64,000 nt of DNA from Parcubacteria group bacterium (lineage in GTDB: Bacteria; Patescibacteriota; Minisyncoccia; Moranbacterales; GCA-2747515). The stretch's first letter is position 1; each line of letters starts with the position of its first letter. The stretch covers positions 392,535 through 456,534 of the forward strand of contig JBAZXC010000001.1 in the NCBI GenBank assembly GCA_041660065.1, in the 5' to 3' direction. A model generated the notes under the pieces. It saw nothing but the letters and a program-made list of their open reading frames with translations, was not told the origin of the DNA and made no database searches. Position numbers and translations under genes: made by a program. Shown here in pieces: positions 39,944 through 52,037 of the stretch.

Positions 39944-40195
39944 TTATCTAAAATACTCTTTCTTTAACTTTGTGGTCACATCGCGGAAATCACTGATGAG
40001 CAAACCCGCACTCTTTAATCGATCGTCCAAAAGTGAATAGTTTGTCATGACTGCATCGAATTCTTCCTCATTAGACGTTTTTTCCAATTCTTCGCTACAT
40101 GATCTCAACGTATAAAGCAGTGATGATGGAATCTTTTTTTCTTTGGCGTCAAAAATTTCCTCGATCATTTCATGTAATGTTTTTTCTCTTTTCAT
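39944..40195 (-). CDS. hypothetical small protein
   Basis: 83-aa ORF. Confidence 0.3.
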   Translation of the reverse strand: MKREKTLHEMIEEIFDAKEKKIPSSLLYTLRSCSEELEKTSNEEEFDAVMTNYSLLDDRLKSAGLLISDFRDVTTKLKKEYFR

Positions 40196-40205
40196 AGATA
40201 ATTGT

Positions 40206-40481
40206 TTACGATAAATCGATCAAACTCTTTTTGAGATGACGCAACTCATCGGTTATAAATGTCGTGCGATCCACCATTGTCCGTGTTTCTTCCTTATTCT
40301 CCTTGATATACATTTCAAGTCTGCTCCGCTCGTCTTCCAAGCGTCGCAGATCATCTTTCAATTCACCTTGGCGACGTTCCAATTTTTTGAGATCGGATTG
40401 ATATGAAATCTGCTGCATCATCAGCTGTCGCCTCTTTTTTGAACGATCTTCCTCCGTCATGTCCCGTGTATCCGTATACAT
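40206..40481 (-). CDS. hypothetical coiled-coil protein
   Basis: 91 aa. Charged heptad-like repeats. Confidence 0.35.
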   Translation of the reverse strand: MYTDTRDMTEEDRSKKRRQLMMQQISYQSDLKKLERRQGELKDDLRRLEDERSRLEMYIKENKEETRTMVDRTTFITDELRHLKKSLIDLS

Positions 40482-40595
40482 AATTGTGTCTCACACTCAA
40501 TAATTATTCCCCCACAGTATTATGATACGACAAAACACTGTGGAATTCAAGTGATTTCACTCTATTGAAGAAAAAGCTTATGTCAATCAAAGATA

Positions 40596-42374
40596 TCATT
40601 CCGTATCCTTGCGTGTTTTGTCAATCAGACTTCTCACCGATTGCAGATCCACTGACGGTTTTTTGGACGAGTGTTGAAATTTCTTTGGAGCCACATGCTG
40701 CAATCGTGACAGACTCATCGTTTTTTCCCCCGTGGACAAGATGATATCCTCTTCAACGATTTCTTTTTTTTCCACCGGTGGTTTTTTTTGATATGGTTTT
40801 TTTTGTGGAGATTCACCCGCATTTCCTTGCACTTTTGCCACTACACGCTGATGATCTTTGAAGCATTCTTTGCAAAAAACAGGACGATTACCATCCGGCT
40901 TGAACGGTACCTGAATCGCCAAATCACATGTTGCACACACAGCATCATATATTGGTTTATCCACTACAACCGCGTTATTCTCATTATTGACGACAATGCG
41001 TGGTTCCTCGCTTTTTGTTGCCGGAATAACTACAGTCGTTGTTTCTTGCGGATTTCTCACAACACTTTTTTCTCCAGCATCACTTTGTGGTGTTGCCGTC
41101 ACGACCATGCCACTCCATCGTGCAATTTTTTCTTCCACTTCTTTCTTGTCTTGCGAATATCGTTCTCGTGACACCTTGATCACTTTTTCCGTACTATCCT
41201 CAAATCTTCTTTCAATCGGAGGCAACGTCGTTGCGCTAAAAGCATCGCCTGCAATACCATCGATCATCAACTTCAAATAGATATTGAATTTTGGCAAATT
41301 CACGATATCATTCATTGTGAAGATCGGTTCAAATTCTTTCTCCAAATATTCCGCATCCGCCGCGCCAACACGAAACGATACCAACGTCCCGACGTTTCCA
41401 AAAATTGCATCACGCACCACTTCTTCCAACTGTGTGATATATTGATTTGCCAATATGAGATTCAAACGATACTTACGCGCCTCGGACAAGATGTTCGCAA
41501 ACGATTCTGTTGAAAAGTTTTGAAACTCATCCACATATAGATAAAAATCCTTACGATCACCCTCTTCCATATCCACACGAGCCATTGCGGCAAGCTGGAT
41601 CTTTGTGATAAGCATCGCACCGATAAGCGCGCTATTGTCTTCACCGATCCGCCCCTTGGACAAGTTGAGTATGAGGATCTTTCGTTCATCCATGATCGTT
41701 CGCACGTCAAATGCTGATTTCGTTTGTCCGATAATATTACGAATGATCGGATTTGTAATAAATTGTCCAACTTTATTTTGGATCGGCGAGATCACTTCCT
41801 GCAAAACACGCTCATTCCATTTGGGAAATTCTTCCGCCCAAAAAGCCTTTACTACAGGATCTTGGATGTGATTGACAACACGAATGCGATACTTTTTGTC
41901 CACCAAGATACGCATAACGCCGAGTAGCGTGCTACCCGGGTATTCCAATAGCGCAAGGATCGCATTGCGTAAAATATATTCCAATCGCGGGCCCCACGAA
42001 TCCGCCCATAATTTCTGGAAGACGCCAATCATACCTGACGCAACCAACGGGCGAAATTCCGGAGCAACCTCCTCCATAACATTGAATGAGATCGGAAAAT
42101 TTTGATCCGCGGGATTGAAATAGATCACATCATTAATGCGGTTCGGCGGGATCATACTGATCAACTTTTCAGCAGTGTCCCCATGCGGATCGATAAAACA
42201 CACACCATGCCCATTGAGAATATCTTGCACAGCAAGATTTTCCAGCATATTTGTCTTTCCCATACCGGTCTTACCAATAGCATACATATGTCTGCGACGA
42301 TCATCAGTTTTGATACCAAATGCTGCTCTTCTGTTGCGAAAATTTGTTTCTGCAAATGCTGTAATTTCACTCAT
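40596..42374 (-). CDS. type IV secretion coupling-protein-like ATPase (TraD/TraG/VirD4 family) with C-terminal zinc ribbon and Lys-rich tail
   Basis: Walker A GKTGMGKT. DPHGD box. Walker B with a TraG-D_C-like pattern (YLYVDEFQNF...RKYRLNLILANQYITQL). CxxC-x17-CxxC ribbon. No N-terminal TM anchor. Confidence 0.55.
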   Translation of the reverse strand: MSEITAFAETNFRNRRAAFGIKTDDRRRHMYAIGKTGMGKTNMLENLAVQDILNGHGVCFIDPHGDTAEKLISMIPPNRINDVIYFNPADQNFPISFNVMEEVAPEFRPLVASGMIGVFQKLWADSWGPRLEYILRNAILALLEYPGSTLLGVMRILVDKKYRIRVVNHIQDPVVKAFWAEEFPKWNERVLQEVISPIQNKVGQFITNPIIRNIIGQTKSAFDVRTIMDERKILILNLSKGRIGEDNSALIGAMLITKIQLAAMARVDMEEGDRKDFYLYVDEFQNFSTESFANILSEARKYRLNLILANQYITQLEEVVRDAIFGNVGTLVSFRVGAADAEYLEKEFEPIFTMNDIVNLPKFNIYLKLMIDGIAGDAFSATTLPPIERRFEDSTEKVIKVSRERYSQDKKEVEEKIARWSGMVVTATPQSDAGEKSVVRNPQETTTVVIPATKSEEPRIVVNNENNAVVVDKPIYDAVCATCDLAIQVPFKPDGNRPVFCKECFKDHQRVVAKVQGNAGESPQKKPYQKKPPVEKKEIVEEDIILSTGEKTMSLSRLQHVAPKKFQHSSKKPSVDLQSVRSLIDKTRKDTE

Positions 42375-42416
42375 AAATACACATTAAATTACTATTCTAC
42401 GATTATACCAGCTTTA

Positions 42417-43685
42417 TCACCCAAACGGAAGATTGCTTGGTGCACTACCACGACGAGAATCCGTCCATCGCACACCCGGTGCGGCAACCGACATATCCGG
42501 CAAATGAAACACCGTTGCCAATTCCTCCGTACTAAGATGAAACTGATACCCCGTATCATCACGATCGCGATAGCGTTCGAGGATCTTGCGCATACGATAT
42601 GCCGATCGGCTCTCTGTAAACACATAATCCGCATACACCTTTGAGCGATCAACAGGAACAAATTGGTTGGTATGGTTGTCAGAAAATTGTTTGATCGAAG
42701 ACATCGCACCGGACAACATCGTTGCTGTAAAAAAATCTTTCTTTCCCACAACAACTAATCGCATATTGACTTGAAACATCGCCTTTGCAATATTTTCTTC
42801 GAGAGATTTCAACGTTTGTTTTTCTCCCGGCGTCAAGCGAAACTCCAAGGGACCCTCCTCTTTTTTTTGTTCGCCAAAGGGCGTAAACTCCGGCGGTTGA
42901 AACAATCCTGTAAACAGATTGCCAAAAACATCTTTTATATCATGAAACACACGATCAAAAATACTTTTTGGTTTTGCCTTCTTTCCTAAAAATTCTTGTA
43001 CGGTGTCCTTGCCCCAACTATCAAACCAGTCCGGACGATCTGTCTGAATGATATATTGCAACCAGATATGTTGTCCCGGACCCAATACACTGATCGACTC
43101 CAAAATACTCGCAAGCGGATCAATCATCTTTCCTGTGACGTCTTCTTCGAAATATTTATATGTTTTGATCGGATATGCGTCTGCTTTTAATAATTTGAGA
43201 TCAAAGCCCTTGAGCGTCCATTCCTTATTTGGGATTACACGCGGAATTTTATATACATAATCTTCCACCTCCATGATCTCGAGACCGGGATATTGTGCAT
43301 AGAGAGAACTTTCCACAAGTGAGCGAAAAATACCTGGCGTTCGAATATAGAAATGTGCCACACCCTCCGTGCCAACGATCTCCAAACTAAAAAATGGATT
43401 TTGTGCACAATGGCAATATTTGTTGATCATGTTAACGCCCGCATCTGTTGCCGCAATACTGTCAAAAAATCGCTCCATGATCTTTGGGCTTTTTTCTATA
43501 TCGCGTGGAGCAAAAAGCTCCAATAACACTTCATTTTGACTGCCCAAAAAATCCTTGATACACACATAGCGCATCCATAAACTGCGAAAAATCAAATAAA
43601 AAGTCACCGGTATGGCAATATACCAGGTCATGTGAAATACATATAGTAGTTGAGAAAAAAATTCTATCATGAAAACGCTGATCAC
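42417..43685 (-). CDS. hypothetical membrane protein (2 N-terminal TM helices + large soluble domain)
   Basis: 422 aa. Immediately upstream of the ATPase on the same strand. Confidence 0.4.
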   Translation of the reverse strand: MISVFMIEFFSQLLYVFHMTWYIAIPVTFYLIFRSLWMRYVCIKDFLGSQNEVLLELFAPRDIEKSPKIMERFFDSIAATDAGVNMINKYCHCAQNPFFSLEIVGTEGVAHFYIRTPGIFRSLVESSLYAQYPGLEIMEVEDYVYKIPRVIPNKEWTLKGFDLKLLKADAYPIKTYKYFEEDVTGKMIDPLASILESISVLGPGQHIWLQYIIQTDRPDWFDSWGKDTVQEFLGKKAKPKSIFDRVFHDIKDVFGNLFTGLFQPPEFTPFGEQKKEEGPLEFRLTPGEKQTLKSLEENIAKAMFQVNMRLVVVGKKDFFTATMLSGAMSSIKQFSDNHTNQFVPVDRSKVYADYVFTESRSAYRMRKILERYRDRDDTGYQFHLSTEELATVFHLPDMSVAAPGVRWTDSRRGSAPSNLPFG

Positions 43686-43724
43686 ATATGATCACATATT
43701 ATCCATCACAGAATTATTATAGCA

Positions 43725-44789
43725 TTATTTACGCTTCGTATCTAGAGTATATTTTTTGTTGAGTTTTTTTGCAACCGCATTCAGATTTACCTTGATCGTT
43801 GACGGTTTGACATAACGCATTGTCAATACGCGCTCAACCACTTCCTCTGCTGTAAGAGGTTCATCAGAGTTGTTCAATACATTTTCAATCACATCTTTCA
43901 CCGTTCCTTTAATATAGCTCTCCGTATTAAGCGCGTAAACGCCACGTCCAACCAAGACGAAATTTTTATCACGGATCAACTCGTTATGCACTGTTTGTGG
44001 ATGAGATTTTTTTCCTTTTTTCCCAAGTCCGTAGTGATCGATCGCTTCTGCAATCTCGCGAAAATGCATCGGTTTGTTTTGCTCTTTCATAATGAGCAAC
44101 GCTTTCTCACGCACACCGCGCGGTGATACATCATCCCATTCAACAATCCCCCATTTATCAAATGGATTTTTCCCAATTTCACGTGAAACAATGAGATATT
44201 TTATCAGCTGATCATGGTCAATATTTTCGTGTGTAGATGCAACATGTTTATGAATATGATCGATCGTATGCACTTTTTGTTGCGCCTCTAATAGTTCTTT
44301 GACGAGATTATGCACAGCAAACCACTTTTCCACATCAAAATCAGCGTGCATGACAACGCGCTCTTCAACCGGATACTTCTTTACATTCACAAACTCCACA
44401 TCTGTTAAACCCTCTATAAAAAAACGCACAGAGCCTCGTGAAGAATATTCTTCTCCACCAAGAAAATCAATGATCGCATTCTCTGCAACAATGCCATGAT
44501 GCTTTTGCACAAAATCCGTAATTGCATTTTGTACCATTTCCAGATCATCATGCTCTTCGACATCCCGCATACTTTTAAGACCGGATTGGACAATTTGTCG
44601 CACCCTCTCTCTCGTAATGTTATATTCATCACCGATTGCCTGCAATGTCAGAGGTTTTTTTTCTGTTACACCAAATCGTTTTGCAATGATATCCTGTGAT
44701 CTTTCCGGCAAATGACTTAAAACAGCACGAAAAACGCCGTGCAAATCAATGTGTTCTTTTTTTTCATCATTTTTCATATAATTCCTCAA
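43725..44789 (-). CDS. DNA-binding protein with N-terminal sigma-70 region-4-like HTH and C-terminal HARE-HTH-like domain
   Basis: LPERSQDIIAKRFG...LQAIGDEYNITRERVRQI is region-4-like. C-terminal PMHFREIAEAIDHYGLGKKGKKSHPQTVHNELIRDKNFVLVGRGVYAL is HARE-HTH-like. Confidence 0.45.
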   Translation of the reverse strand: MRNYMKNDEKKEHIDLHGVFRAVLSHLPERSQDIIAKRFGVTEKKPLTLQAIGDEYNITRERVRQIVQSGLKSMRDVEEHDDLEMVQNAITDFVQKHHGIVAENAIIDFLGGEEYSSRGSVRFFIEGLTDVEFVNVKKYPVEERVVMHADFDVEKWFAVHNLVKELLEAQQKVHTIDHIHKHVASTHENIDHDQLIKYLIVSREIGKNPFDKWGIVEWDDVSPRGVREKALLIMKEQNKPMHFREIAEAIDHYGLGKKGKKSHPQTVHNELIRDKNFVLVGRGVYALNTESYIKGTVKDVIENVLNNSDEPLTAEEVVERVLTMRYVKPSTIKVNLNAVAKKLNKKYTLDTKRK

Positions 44790-45032
44790 TTAATAACCGA
44801 TAAAAAACGCTTAAATATTCCATTACTAATGCAACTTTTTCATAAAAACGAGAAAGAAACACCTATAAGGACCGGTTGTTTATTATAATACAAAAATACT
44901 ACTATGCCAAGTCCTTCCTTTCGTCTTTATGCATAATTTTTATACTTCGTGCCATTCTACCAAATATTTGATTTTTTGTCAAGTTTTCCGTCCCGTGATA
45001 TACTGTACGTGTAATTAATAAATATAAAGAAT

Positions 45033-45560
45033 ATGTCCCCCACACAACCAGTTGTACACTGCGTTTCTTGTGAAGAATTACACGGTGACGCACGAAAGAT
45101 CTTTGACGACTTCATCCAAAAAACCGGCAAAGTACCAAAGTGGCTCCAAGTCATGGGTAATTGTGAAGACACGATGGTCGGATTCTTTTCACTGTTCAAA
45201 TCTGTAATGGACAATGCTCCCGTATCAGCAACGCTCAAATGGAAAGTGGCATATGTCGTGTCAGACATCAACAAATGCGAATTTTGCATTGGCGCAACAA
45301 AAATGAAATTAGTAGAATTTAACGTCTCAGAAGAAGATCTTGCCAATATCGACCAGTCAACAGACGAGAAAGAAAAACTCGCGATCGAATACGCGCGCGC
45401 AACAACAGAGCATGCATATAGCATTGATCCGGAACTGATCGCAAAAATGCAAGCGACATTTACCGACGAAGAAATTGTCGAGATCACTGCGGTAATCGGC
45501 ACATTCAACTTCCTCAATCGTTTCAACGACGCTTTGCGCATCCTGCCGGATACAAAATAA
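45033..45560 (+). CDS. carboxymuconolactone decarboxylase / AhpD-like family protein
   Basis: CEFCIGA motif in a roughly 175-aa all-helical protein. Confidence 0.45.
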   Translation: MSPTQPVVHCVSCEELHGDARKIFDDFIQKTGKVPKWLQVMGNCEDTMVGFFSLFKSVMDNAPVSATLKWKVAYVVSDINKCEFCIGATKMKLVEFNVSEEDLANIDQSTDEKEKLAIEYARATTEHAYSIDPELIAKMQATFTDEEIVEITAVIGTFNFLNRFNDALRILPDTK

Positions 45561-45587
45561 CAAATTTTTCCTCTACTATTTAGAATA

Positions 45588-45627
45588 AAAAAACAACCGT
45601 TCGTGTATAAACGGTTGTTTTTTTATT
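45588..45627. terminator. bidirectional rho-independent terminator
   Basis: aaacaaccgttcgtgtataaacggttgttt flanked by an A-run and a T-run. Confidence 0.6.
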
Positions 45628-45663
45628 ATAAGTCGCATACAGCATGTTCCTTGCACCGTATCT

Positions 45664-46089
45664 TTATAATCCTCTGCGTGAAAGATACTTTTTGGCGATC
45701 TTGATCTTTGATAACTCTTGTTCAAGTGCCGCCGCAACGCGCGCGTATTCCACTTCATCTGTACGAATGACGTTGTTTTTGATATCCTCTGCACGTTTGC
45801 GCGCCGCTTCTGCCGCTTCGATATCAATCTCTTCTGCACGAAGTGCCTCATCCGCAAGCACTGTCAATTGATTATCCGCAAATTCCAAGAAGCCTCCCAC
45901 CACAGCAATATTGCTCTCCTGCGTACCTTTTTTTGTCGTGATCTCACCCACCTTGAGAGACGCAATGTACGATCGATGTTTTGGCAAGATCGTCACTTCT
46001 CCGTCACTGACCGGCAATGTGACTTGGTCCACCTCGCCCTCAAATACGACTCTTTCCGGCGTGATCACTTTTAGTGTAATAAGTGACAT
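45664..46089 (-). CDS. atpC: F0F1 ATP synthase subunit epsilon
   Basis: LKVITPERVVFEGEVDQVTLP. Downstream of atpD. Confidence 0.85.
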   Translation of the reverse strand: MSLITLKVITPERVVFEGEVDQVTLPVSDGEVTILPKHRSYIASLKVGEITTKKGTQESNIAVVGGFLEFADNQLTVLADEALRAEEIDIEAAEAARKRAEDIKNNVIRTDEVEYARVAAALEQELSKIKIAKKYLSRRGL

Positions 46090-46107
46090 AATATACTCAC
46101 GTAAAAA

Positions 46108-47575
<1,468 letters not shown>

Positions 47576-47741
47576 CCTTGCTCTACAAATTTCATCTGTG
47601 AAAATCACGGTCAAAACTCAAATAATTTTAAGTTTTGAATGGTAATTTTAGCTATTGACTTTTGCTTATAAATATGCTATAATGAAAGAAAGTGATAAAT
47701 CCAACAAAACTCTCAAAACGTTCTTTTAAAGGAGTCAGACC

Positions 47742-47978
47742 ATGAAAAAAATAGCAGTAATACTTTTGGCGTCAGTGTTGTCCATTTCCCTTGTGACAAG
47801 CGGGGTTGGGACACTGGTTGACGATTGGAAAACCGCCAATTTATACGGTTCAACTGATTGGGGTTGGGCACTTAGCAGTGTGCCCCTCCTGATATTTATG
47901 GTCATCACGGCGATTTTTATCATAATCTGTTCGATAGGATATGCCTCCTTGACACCATCAGAACAGCAGACCAACTGA
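47742..47978 (+). CDS. small membrane protein (hypothetical), inserted on opposite strand within atp operon
   Basis: RBS aggag upstream. Two TM segments. A terminator hairpin follows. Confidence 0.5.
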   Translation: MKKIAVILLASVLSISLVTSGVGTLVDDWKTANLYGSTDWGWALSSVPLLIFMVITAIFIIICSIGYASLTPSEQQTN

Positions 47979-47997
47979 CCCACTGTTGTTCATATAC

Positions 47998-48042
47998 CAC
48001 ATTTTGCAAACAATATTTGCAGAGTGTGGTTTTATTTTTTAA
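47998..48042 (+). terminator. putative rho-independent terminator
   Basis: Imperfect hairpin ccacattttgcaa...ttgcagagtgtgg plus ttttatttttt. Confidence 0.4.
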
Positions 48043-48130
48043 ATAACTTTTTTCCAAAATTTCAATTTTGGAGTCTGGATCATTGTGTATTGATCCACAA
48101 TTCAAAATTGAAATTTCTTTTTATTTCTAC

Positions 48131-48190
48131 TTTATGAACTTTACAAGCTTTACAAACTTTCTACTTTATAAACTTTACAAACTTTCTACT
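48131..48190. repeat. degenerate roughly 10-nt tandem repeats (CTTTATGAACTTTACAAGCTTTACAAAC...)
   Basis: Same family. Abuts the atpG stop. Confidence 0.5.
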
Positions 48191-49142
48191 CCAACGCTGC
48201 TCTCCCTGCGCTGATCTCCGCGATCTCTTGCGTGATCTTCATCTGACGGATTTGGTTATAGGCGAGTGTCAGGTCTGCGCTCATATCCTTTGCAGCATCT
48301 GTGGCGTTTTTCATCGCAACCATGCGTGCGGATTCTTTGGATGCGTTGGATTCCAAGATCGCATGATAGAGTTGCATCTCGATGAGTCTGGGAAAAATGT
48401 GCGTCAAAACCGCGTCAGGACTCGGCTCAACCTTATATTCTGTCAACGGTTTTTTGAGGCCATGCTCTTTCGCGAGATTGTTCATCTCCACAATTTGTTT
48501 TTCGAGATCCACTTTGGATATCGGTAATATTTGTCTGATCTTTGGCTGTTGCATCACTGTGGACACATAATCCGTATAAGCGATCACCACCTTGTCATAT
48601 TTTTTCTCCAGATAATCATCGATCACAATTTTTGACAAAGGACGCACTTGCTCAATGCCCGGGAGATAGGTCAGATCCGGGAAGGAGGCAATGATCTCCC
48701 TGCCCAGTTTTTTGACCAATGATTCTCCTTTGCGGCCAACAGTGATAAAATCGATCTTCAAATCTTCATTCGCAACATGTGACTGAATTGTTTTTGTGCC
48801 GATACGATTGACCTTGAGTTTTTCCGGATGCGTGATCTCTTCTTTGATCTTTTTCATGATCTGTGCATTGAATGAACCACATAATCCGCGATTTGATGTG
48901 ATCGCCACGATCAAGACGTTCTTCACCTCACGTACCTCCAACAAACCGTAATTGTACTGGTCAAACGACCGCGCGAGATTGGTCAAGACGCTCCATGCGG
49001 CATGCGCATAAGCACGAATTTGCAATACACGCTCTGTGGATTTGCGCATTTTTGCAGCAGAAACCATCTCCATCGCACGTGTGATCTTGCCCGTATTATT
49101 GATTGATTTGATCCGTCGCCGGATTTCCTTGGAATTTAACAT
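48186..49142 (-). CDS. atpG: F0F1 ATP synthase subunit gamma
   Basis: Typical gamma N- and C-terminal helices (ITQEIAEISAGRAALE). Confidence 0.9.
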   Translation of the reverse strand: MLNSKEIRRRIKSINNTGKITRAMEMVSAAKMRKSTERVLQIRAYAHAAWSVLTNLARSFDQYNYGLLEVREVKNVLIVAITSNRGLCGSFNAQIMKKIKEEITHPEKLKVNRIGTKTIQSHVANEDLKIDFITVGRKGESLVKKLGREIIASFPDLTYLPGIEQVRPLSKIVIDDYLEKKYDKVVIAYTDYVSTVMQQPKIRQILPISKVDLEKQIVEMNNLAKEHGLKKPLTEYKVEPSPDAVLTHIFPRLIEMQLYHAILESNASKESARMVAMKNATDAAKDMSADLTLAYNQIRQMKITQEIAEISAGRAALE

Positions 49143-49144
49143 AC

Positions 49145-50647
49145 CTATTCTACAAAAGTTTCTTTAAAATCTTTGATCGCTTGTTCCAGACGCGCAGTGA
49201 TGTCATCAGTGAGCTCTTTCTTTGCAACGATATCTTGTAATAATTCTTTTTGCTGTGTACGCAAATACAAGCAGAACGCCTTTTCCCATCCGAGAACTTT
49301 TGCCACGTCCACATCATCGACAAAACCGTTGATCAACGCATAGATCACTGACGCCTGCTCTTCAAAAGGCATCGGGGAATACTGATCTTGTTTCAATAAT
49401 TCTACAGTACGACGACCGCGTTCGATTTGCGCTCGTGTCTGTGCATCGAGATCCGACCCAAACTGTGCAAACGCTTCCAATTCACGAAACTGTGCAAGAT
49501 CCAAGCGTAACTTTCCCGCAACCTTTTTCATCGCCTTTGTCTGCGCACTTGATCCCACGCGTGACACCGAAAGACCCACATTCAACGCCGGACGGATGCC
49601 CTTATTAAACAAATCTGCTTCCAAGTAGATCTGACCGTCTGTAATTGAGATCACATTCGTCGGAATGTATGCACTAACATCACCCGCTTGTGTCTCGATG
49701 ATCGGCAGTGCAGTGATCGAACCTCCGCCATATTTCTCGTCGCGTTTTGCACTGCGCTCCAACAAGCGTGAATGCAAGTAGAAAATATCTCCAGGATATG
49801 CCTCGCGTCCCGGCGGACGCTTCAAGATCAGAGAGATCTGACGATATGCCCACGCATGTTTGGAAAGATCATCATATACCACCAACACGTCTTTCCCTTG
49901 ATCCATAAAATATTCCGCAATTGCCGCTCCCGCATACGGTGCGATAAATGAATATGCTGCCGGATCTGACGCACCCGCAATAACAATCGTCGTGTACTCC
50001 ATAGCGCCACGCTTCTCCAATTCATTCATGATACGTGCAACTTTAGACTCCTTTTGACCGATTGCTACATACACACAGATCATATCTTGTCCCTTTTGAT
50101 TGATGATCGTGTCAATTGCAATCGCCGTCTTGCCCACCTGTCGATCACCAATGATCAATTCACGCTGTCCACGACCGATCGGGATCATTGCATCGATCGC
50201 TTTGATGCCTGTTTGCACCGGTTGGTGCACAGATTTACGCTCGATCACACCCGGTGCAAGTTTTTCGATCGGATATCGAACATCTGATACAATTTCTTCT
50301 TTCCCATCAACCGCTTTGCCGATTGGATTGATGACGCGACCGATCACTTTTTCTGACACAGGGATAGAGAGAATATTTCCCGTTGAACGCACCTCGTCAC
50401 CCTCTTTGATACCCTTAAAATCACCTAAGACCATGGCACCAACCTGATCCTCCTCAAGATTGAGAGCAACGCCCACCGTACCGTCTGCAAATGTGATCAT
50501 CTCCGACGCCATCACGTCCGACAGACCATCCATGCGCACGATACCATCACGCACTTCGAGCACAGTGCCCACTTTTTCCGATCGCGCATCCATCTCAGCT
50601 TGCGTGATCTGCTTTTTAAGTTGTTCAATGATATAATCTTTGCTCAT
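49145..50647 (-). CDS. atpA: F0F1 ATP synthase subunit alpha
   Basis: GDRQVGKT P-loop. Confidence 0.95.
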   Translation of the reverse strand: MSKDYIIEQLKKQITQAEMDARSEKVGTVLEVRDGIVRMDGLSDVMASEMITFADGTVGVALNLEEDQVGAMVLGDFKGIKEGDEVRSTGNILSIPVSEKVIGRVINPIGKAVDGKEEIVSDVRYPIEKLAPGVIERKSVHQPVQTGIKAIDAMIPIGRGQRELIIGDRQVGKTAIAIDTIINQKGQDMICVYVAIGQKESKVARIMNELEKRGAMEYTTIVIAGASDPAAYSFIAPYAGAAIAEYFMDQGKDVLVVYDDLSKHAWAYRQISLILKRPPGREAYPGDIFYLHSRLLERSAKRDEKYGGGSITALPIIETQAGDVSAYIPTNVISITDGQIYLEADLFNKGIRPALNVGLSVSRVGSSAQTKAMKKVAGKLRLDLAQFRELEAFAQFGSDLDAQTRAQIERGRRTVELLKQDQYSPMPFEEQASVIYALINGFVDDVDVAKVLGWEKAFCLYLRTQQKELLQDIVAKKELTDDITARLEQAIKDFKETFVE

Positions 50648-50682
50648 AAATATTGTATAAAAATTGTTACTTTTTGAATTAT

Positions 50683-51090
50683 TTAAAAATTACGCATCAA
50701 GGCCTTTTTCATATTTTTCATGCGACCCGCTATGCTTGCATCGATCACCTCATCACCCACACGCACGATGATACCGCCCTTGATTGATGGATCAACACTG
50801 TATCTGAGTTCTGCATTGCTTGTGCCAAAACGTTTTTGCACAAATTTCATGATATGCGTTTTTTGTGCGTCATCAAGAGAAATTGCACTCGTCACTTTTG
50901 CCACAATGATACTGTTCTCTGCATTATATACATCCTCAAAGCGCGAAACAATTTGAGATCCCATCTTGACATGACCATTCTTTTTGAGCAACTGCATAAA
51001 TTGAACAATCACGCCGCGCGCATCCTGTTGATCTTTTCCTTTTGTGAGATCATACACTGTCTGTGCATATTGTTTTGCCGATACCTTCAT
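50683..51090 (-). CDS. atpH: F0F1 ATP synthase subunit delta (short OSCP)
   Basis: Position between atpF and atpA. 135 aa. Confidence 0.7.
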   Translation of the reverse strand: MKVSAKQYAQTVYDLTKGKDQQDARGVIVQFMQLLKKNGHVKMGSQIVSRFEDVYNAENSIIVAKVTSAISLDDAQKTHIMKFVQKRFGTSNAELRYSVDPSIKGGIIVRVGDEVIDASIAGRMKNMKKALMRNF

Positions 51091-51093
51091 AAA

Positions 51094-51588
51094 CTATTTT
51101 GTATTAATGACATCCGCAATGATCTTTGCATCGAGTCTCTCGTCTATTTTTTCGCCAATCACTTTCTCCACTGCAAGTGACACAAGAGATGCAATTTCCT
51201 TTTTTGCCTCGCTTACCATTTTATTTTTTTCTTCTTCGATGCTTTTTTGCGCCTTTGTGATCATTTTTTGCGATTCATCTTTTGCCAGTGCGATCAATTC
51301 TTCACGTTGCACCTGCGCTTGTCCTTGTGCTTTTTCGATAATATCCTTTGCCTGCTTTTTTGCTTCAATAATTACCTCTTTTTCTTTCTGTACGATATCC
51401 TCCAGCTTCTTTTGTGATTCTTCTGCATCTGCAAGACCTTTCTCGATCTTTGTCGTTCGTTCGTCGAGCATCTTTAATACGGGCTTGTATGCAAAGCGAT
51501 ACAACACAAAAAGCACAATACAAAAATTTATGACTTGTGGAATAAACAATTTTATATTTAGTCCGAGACTGGATAGCAACTCACTCAT
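51094..51588 (-). CDS. atpF: F0F1 ATP synthase subunit B
   Basis: N-terminal TM plus a long charged helix. Confidence 0.8.
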   Translation of the reverse strand: MSELLSSLGLNIKLFIPQVINFCIVLFVLYRFAYKPVLKMLDERTTKIEKGLADAEESQKKLEDIVQKEKEVIIEAKKQAKDIIEKAQGQAQVQREELIALAKDESQKMITKAQKSIEEEKNKMVSEAKKEIASLVSLAVEKVIGEKIDERLDAKIIADVINTK

Positions 51589-51684
51589 ATTGGTAATTTT
51601 AAATTTTCTAAATAGTAATCAAATGACCACAATGCAATGAGCGGGACTTCACCCACCCACTGTATGTATTCACGTGATCCTTTA

Positions 51685-51966
<282 letters not shown>

Positions 51967-52037
51967 TTACTTAGTTACGAAGTTATTTATTCGGAAACAG
52001 TGATCCGATCAAATAACTATTTAACCAACTAAAAAAA

